A stretch of DNA of 25,955 nt from a virus. Taxonomy: Duplodnaviria > Heunggongvirae > Uroviricota > Caudoviricetes. Both the position numbers and the translations under genes were made by a program. Shown here piece after piece: positions 25,546 through 25,955 of the stretch (its first letter is position 1; each line of letters starts with the position of its first letter). The stretch spans positions 1 through 25,955 of IMG/VR virus record IMGVR_UViG_2737471869_000024. One strand, written 5' to 3'. Under the pieces are notes generated by a model. It had not been told where the DNA came from, made no database searches, and saw only the letters and a program-made list of their open reading frames with translations.

Positions 25546-25955
25546 GCTGCCCTCCTGACGCCCTGCCCGATCGCCATCAATGCCGCTTTGGATACGGTAG
25601 TAAACATCCGTCGAGGACTGATGAACGGTCGCCAAATCAGCAGCATGGAACCTTTGCTGTTTCCCTTCTTCTCCAGCCCTGTCGATGGTTCGATAAAATT
25701 AATCCGTCCATCAGTAATGATGCGAACTTCGTCAACACTCTCCAGAGCCTTGCTGAACCATCCGACAGACATATCCTCTGGCACAAGCATCACTATCGTC
25801 TGTCGCTGTTGTATGCACTGCTCAGCGGCTTTTTCCACCCACGGCCTGATATTGCTGTACGGTGGGTTATTCCAGATTGCACCGTGGCTTATCCACTCAG
25901 AATTTAGCGCGTCGTCGGCCTCAGTTAACCAGTGAGCGCACAGAGCATTTTTGTC
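25542..25955 (-). CDS. DNA N6-adenine methyltransferase (Dam-like), 5'-partial at window edge
   Basis: The minus-strand frame is open from the window edge to the stop at 25542. It contains the catalytic NPPY motif ([15 protein letters not shown]). The N-terminus lies beyond the window. Confidence 0.8.
   Translation of the reverse strand, partial: DKNALCAHWLTEADDALNSEWISHGAIWNNPPYSNIRPWVEKAAEQCIQQRQTIVMLVPEDMSVGWFSKALESVDEVRIITDGRINFIEPSTGLEKKGNSKGSMLLIWRPFISPRRMFTTVSKAALMAIGQGVRRAA

Noticed and set aside
25411-25935. 174-aa plus-strand ORF
   Set aside because: Antisense to ninE and the methyltransferase; the minus-strand genes have recognisable lambda homology and the plus-strand frame does not.
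1-25955. CRISPR arrays, IS elements, integrase or attachment sites
   Set aside because: Searched by eye for regularly spaced repeats, terminal inverted repeats with transposase ORFs, and integrase-like ORFs. None are present; the prophage ends and integration module must lie outside this window.

Overview
This window is the late half of a mosaic lambdoid (P22-like) prophage of an enterobacterial host, read mostly on the minus strand. High to low coordinates give a lambda-like nin region with a Dam-like N6-adenine methyltransferase (partial at the window edge), ninE/F/G/H, a phosphatase gene broken by an in-frame amber codon, antiterminator Q, a PR'/6S/tR' late control region followed by two tRNA-like genes, and the S-R-Rz/Rz1 lysis cassette. 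Then come two small unknown ORFs and a complete P22-type virion module: small and large terminase, portal, scaffold, coat, gp4, gp10, an Sf6-type knobbed tail needle, gp14, ejection proteins gp7/gp20/gp16, the immI region (mnt, arc, ant) and a chimeric tailspike. A convergent plus-strand O-antigen acyltransferase (AT3 + SGNH) sits at the window start. The most interesting locus is a three-gene plus-strand cassette (5275..6516) co-oriented and translationally coupled with mnt, in the position P22 uses for sieA. It encodes a Cys4 zinc-ribbon protein and two single-pass membrane proteins with no family I can recognise, and is a candidate lysogen-expressed superinfection-exclusion or defence system. 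All calls rest on reading the supplied ORF translations and the sequence; no database search or computation was run, and protein identities come from recalled similarity to P22, lambda and Sf6 proteins.
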